Shown here in pieces: positions 28,857-32,000 of a stretch of DNA of 32,000 bases (its first letter is position 1; the number at the start of each line of letters is the position of its first letter). The DNA comes from Candidatus Saccharimonadota bacterium (GTDB lineage Bacteria > Pseudomonadota > Gammaproteobacteria > Enterobacterales > Enterobacteriaceae), in assembly GCA_049942775.1 (NCBI GenBank), contig CP188087.1, positions 270,001 through 302,000 of the forward strand, given 5' to 3'. Below the pieces are notes generated by a model that had not been told where the DNA came from, ran no database searches, and saw only the letters and a list, made by a program, of their open reading frames with translations. The position numbers and the translations under genes were made by a program.

Positions 28857-29597
28857 TTATAAATGAGTATGATGATGTTCATGTTTATATAAAGCAATTT
28901 CTTTACTATGAATTTTTCCAAACATAGAAATAAAATGTTTATTTTTAGATACTACTTCTGGAGTTCCTGAACAACAAACATGATTATTTAAACAAATTAC
29001 TTCATCAGTTTTAGCCATAACTAAATTCAAATCATGTGAAATCATTAAAATTGAACATTTTAGTTTCATTTTTATTTTATTAAGTATATGATAAAAAAAA
29101 ATTTGTCCACTAACATCTAAACCTTTAGTTGGTTCATCTAATATTAAACAATTTGGATTATTTAATAGCGATCTAGCTAATAATACTTTTTGTAATTCTC
29201 CGCCAGACAATTCTTGTATTAAACAGTTGTTCAAATTACTTATTTTAAATTTTTCCAAAATTAAATTAGAATTTAAACAATGTGAAGATTTAAACAATTT
29301 CATAAAACGACTTACTGTAATTGGAACAGGGGCTTTAAAATACAATTTTTGAGGAACATATCCTATACGAACTGATTTCAAAAATGTTATAGTTCCAGAA
29401 CTAGGTTTAACTAAACCCAGAATTGTTCTTATAAGAGTAGATTTACCTGCTCCATTTGGACCAATGACGGTGATAATTTTATTAGAATTTATTGAGAAAG
29501 AAATATTCGATAATATTGATTTATTATTAATTTCAACATAAATATTTTTTATATTAATTAAAGTTTTCATTTTATATGTGTGCATAAATTTATTCAT
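28857..29597 (-). CDS. znuC: Zinc ABC transporter ATPase ZnuC
   Basis: Walker A GPNGAGKST, RIGYVPQKLY, LSGGE.QKVLLAR, LILDEPT.G.D and SHDL.LVMAKTDEV.CLN.H.CCSGTPE, with a His-rich C-terminus HEHHHTH. The true start may be the third in-frame ATG at 29570 (MKTLINIKN...), which aligns better with the E. coli N-terminus. Confidence 0.9.
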   Translation of the reverse strand: MNKFMHTYKMKTLINIKNIYVEINNKSILSNISFSINSNKIITVIGPNGAGKSTLIRTILGLVKPSSGTITFLKSVRIGYVPQKLYFKAPVPITVSRFMKLFKSSHCLNSNLILEKFKISNLNNCLIQELSGGELQKVLLARSLLNNPNCLILDEPTKGLDVSGQIFFYHILNKIKMKLKCSILMISHDLNLVMAKTDEVICLNNHVCCSGTPEVVSKNKHFISMFGKIHSKEIALYKHEHHHTHL

Positions 29598-29632
29598 TAA
29601 AAAAATGTATTTGTTTAAATAATTTTAAATTA

Positions 29633-31075
29633 TTATTCAACTACTAAAATTCGAATTGTATTAGTTTTTCCTATAGCACTCATAATATCTCCTTGAGTAA
29701 TGATAACTATTTCTCCCCGCATTAAAAATTTTTTTTCTTTTAGTAAAGAAACAGCTTCTGTAGCTGCAGATACTCCTTCTTTATTACTATTAAAATATAT
29801 AGGTGTAACACCTCTATATAAAGCTGATAACTTTAATGTATTTTGATGACGAGACATTGCAAAAATTGGAAGACCAGAAGTAATTCTAGAAGTCATTAAA
29901 GCTGTTCGACCTGATTCAGTCATAGTAATTATCGCTGCAACTCCTTTTAAATGATTTGCAGAATACATTGCTGACATAGAAATAGCTTCTTCTATACTAC
30001 TAAACTGAATATCTAATCGATGTCTAGAAACATTTATACTAGGAACAGTTTCTGCACCCTTGCAAACTTTAGACATTATAGCAACTGTTTCAATTGGATA
30101 ATTTCCAGTTGCTGTTTCAGCAGATAACATAACAGCATCAGTTCCATCTAAAACAGCATTGGCCACATCCATTACTTCTGCTCTGGTTGGTAATGGTTGA
30201 AAAATCATAGATTCCATCATCTGAGTAGCTGTAATTACAATTCTATTTAATTGTCTTGCTTTTCTAATAAGAGTTTTTTGTACTCCGACTAATTCAGGAT
30301 CTCCTATTTCAACTCCAAGATCTCCTCTTGCTACCATAATTGCATCTGATGCTAAAATTATTTTTTCTATATCCTTCTCTGTAGCAACCGCTTCTGCACG
30401 TTCTATTTTCGCAACAATTTTGGCATAACTACCAGTTTTTTCAACCAATCTTCTAGCTTCGTGAATATCTTTTGCTGATCTAGGAAAAGATATAGCTAAG
30501 TAATCAACTCCAATTTTTGCAGCTAAACAAATATCTCTTTTGTCTTTATTAGTTAAAGATTTAGCTGAAAGTCCACCACCTAATTTATTTATTCCTTTAT
30601 TTTTAGATAAAACACCACCAATTATCACTTCAGTATAAATTTTATCTTTTGTTGATTTTAATACTTTTAATTGTATTCTACCATCATCTAATAACAATAT
30701 ATCTTGATAATTAACATCTAATGGTAATGATTTATAATCAACTCCTACTTTATTTTTATTACCTTCATTAAAACCTAAATTGGTATCTAATACAAATTGT
30801 TCTCCAGAATTTAAAATAACTGTTTCTGAATTAAAACTTAAAATTCTAATTTTTGGACCTTGTAAATCTCCAAGTAAAGCTACATGACATTTTAATTTTT
30901 CCATAATTTCAAAAACTTTTTTTGCTCGAAATATATGTTCTTCACTAGTTCCATGAGAAAAATTTAATCTTAATACATTAGCTCCCGATTTAATAATTTT
31001 CTCTAAATTATTATTTTTATCTGTAGAAGGACCTAAAGTTACAACTATTTTAGTTCTTCTAAGTCGTTTTAACAT
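29633..31075 (-). CDS. pykA: Pyruvate kinase II
   Basis: 480 aa, the same length as E. coli PykA. Motifs include [34 protein letters not shown] and ATQMMESM. An AGGAG Shine-Dalgarno lies upstream. Confidence 0.95.
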   Translation of the reverse strand: MLKRLRRTKIVVTLGPSTDKNNNLEKIIKSGANVLRLNFSHGTSEEHIFRAKKVFEIMEKLKCHVALLGDLQGPKIRILSFNSETVILNSGEQFVLDTNLGFNEGNKNKVGVDYKSLPLDVNYQDILLLDDGRIQLKVLKSTKDKIYTEVIIGGVLSKNKGINKLGGGLSAKSLTNKDKRDICLAAKIGVDYLAISFPRSAKDIHEARRLVEKTGSYAKIVAKIERAEAVATEKDIEKIILASDAIMVARGDLGVEIGDPELVGVQKTLIRKARQLNRIVITATQMMESMIFQPLPTRAEVMDVANAVLDGTDAVMLSAETATGNYPIETVAIMSKVCKGAETVPSINVSRHRLDIQFSSIEEAISMSAMYSANHLKGVAAIITMTESGRTALMTSRITSGLPIFAMSRHQNTLKLSALYRGVTPIYFNSNKEGVSAATEAVSLLKEKKFLMRGEIVIITQGDIMSAIGKTNTIRILVVE

Positions 31076-31484
31076 AATTTTCTCCTATTTGAAAATCAAA
31101 AAATAATTTATTTTCTTTAAACATGATAAAAGTATAATATAAATTACTATCAATAATAGACATTTATTAAATTAGCATTTTTATTTATTGTGAATGCTCC
31201 CATAAAAATTTGAAATAATTAATTTATTTATTCAGTAAAAATTATAATGAGGAAAGCGTTTTGCTTCTTTTTCTTAATAATATAAAATTAAATAATTAAT
31301 AAAAATGAACAATTTTTTTATTTATAGTTATTTTTAAATTTGACTAACAGTTTTTTTTATCAAAGAATTAATAGTAATATTTATTTAACTAAATTAAAAA
31401 ACAAAGATATTTTTTTTAAAGTTATTAATTATTCAAATATTATAAACATTTTTTTATTTGAAATATAATGAAGGTTATTAAAAA

Positions 31485-32000
31485 ATGTCAAAAAACTTAA
31501 AAAATGGATGTGATATAATTATTTTTGGGGCAAAAGGAGATTTAGCAAAAAGAAAATTAATGCCTTCTCTTTATCATTTAGAAAAAAACAAAAAACTAGA
31601 TTTAAATACAAAAATAATAGGTGTTGGTAGAGCTGACTGGAATGAATTAGAATATAAAAAAATAGTACGAAAATCACTTGAAATTTTCATGAAAGAAAAA
31701 ATAAATGAAACAATTTGGAATAAATTATGCAGTAGACTTAAATTTTGTAACTTAGATGTCAACCAAACAGAAAAATTTTTAAAATTACAATTTTTTATAG
31801 ATCAAAAAAACAGAATAACAATAAATTATTTTGCAGTTCCTCCAAACATTTATGGAATTATTTGTCAAGGATTAGGTTTAGCTAAGTTAAATAAACCTAC
31901 TTCAAGAATAATTATAGAAAAACCAATTGGAACTTCATTAAAAACTTCAAAAGAAATAAATGATCAAATTGGAAAATATTTTGATGAATCTCAAATTTTT
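31485..32000 (+). CDS. zwf: Glucose-6-phosphate 1-dehydrogenase (5' part; continues past the window end)
   Basis: It is absent from the ORF track because no stop falls within the window. ATG 31485 opens 172 stop-free codons. MSKNLKNGCDIIIFGAKGDLAKRKLMPSLYHLEK matches the E. coli Zwf NADP-binding N-terminus, and RIIIEKPIGTSL..S.EINDQ.G.YF.E.Q.F matches the EKP.G region. Confidence 0.92.
   Translation, partial: MSKNLKNGCDIIIFGAKGDLAKRKLMPSLYHLEKNKKLDLNTKIIGVGRADWNELEYKKIVRKSLEIFMKEKINETIWNKLCSRLKFCNLDVNQTEKFLKLQFFIDQKNRITINYFAVPPNIYGIICQGLGLAKLNKPTSRIIIEKPIGTSLKTSKEINDQIGKYFDESQIF

Noticed and set aside
31574-31762. ORF 31574-31762(-), 62 aa.
   Set aside because: It is antisense to the zwf N-terminal coding region. 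The zwf frame is not in the ORF track only because it runs off the window without a stop.

Overview
This is an extremely AT-rich (roughly four-fifths A+T by eye), gene-dense chromosomal block from a reduced gammaproteobacterial insect endosymbiont. The gene order is bioB, pgl, mfd, lolCDE, gapA, fldA, ybgI, sucAB, gpmA, pfkA, tpiA, ihfB, rpsA, (gap), aroA, serC, serS, trxB, infA, aspS, znuBC, pykA, zwf. From memory this matches Buchnera aphidicola. The genetic code is standard: Trp is TGG and aspS ends in TGA. Every long ORF that is not an antisense artefact is collinear with a well-known Enterobacterales housekeeping protein (glycolysis and pentose-phosphate enzymes, 2-oxoglutarate dehydrogenase E1/E2, aa-tRNA synthetases, S1, IF-1, Lol and Znu ABC transporters). 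I found no rRNA, tRNA, IS element, prophage, CRISPR array, defence island or unexplained multi-gene cluster. My honest conclusion is that the window holds no novel biological system. What deserves a second look is genome erosion. (1) Two genes, lolE and ihfB, are each broken by a poly(A) tract exactly one A short of in-frame, the lesion type known to be rescued by transcriptional slippage. (2) mfd lacks its whole UvrA-recruiting N-terminal half and starts at TTG. (3) The slot where cmk should lie between aroA and rpsA is a 528-bp stop-riddled spacer with faint Cmk-like remnants. (4) A triple-arm inverted repeat sits in the rpsA leader. (5) GpmA and SucB show domain-level decay. All homology statements come from by-eye alignment to E. 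coli sequences recalled from memory, because no searches could be run.
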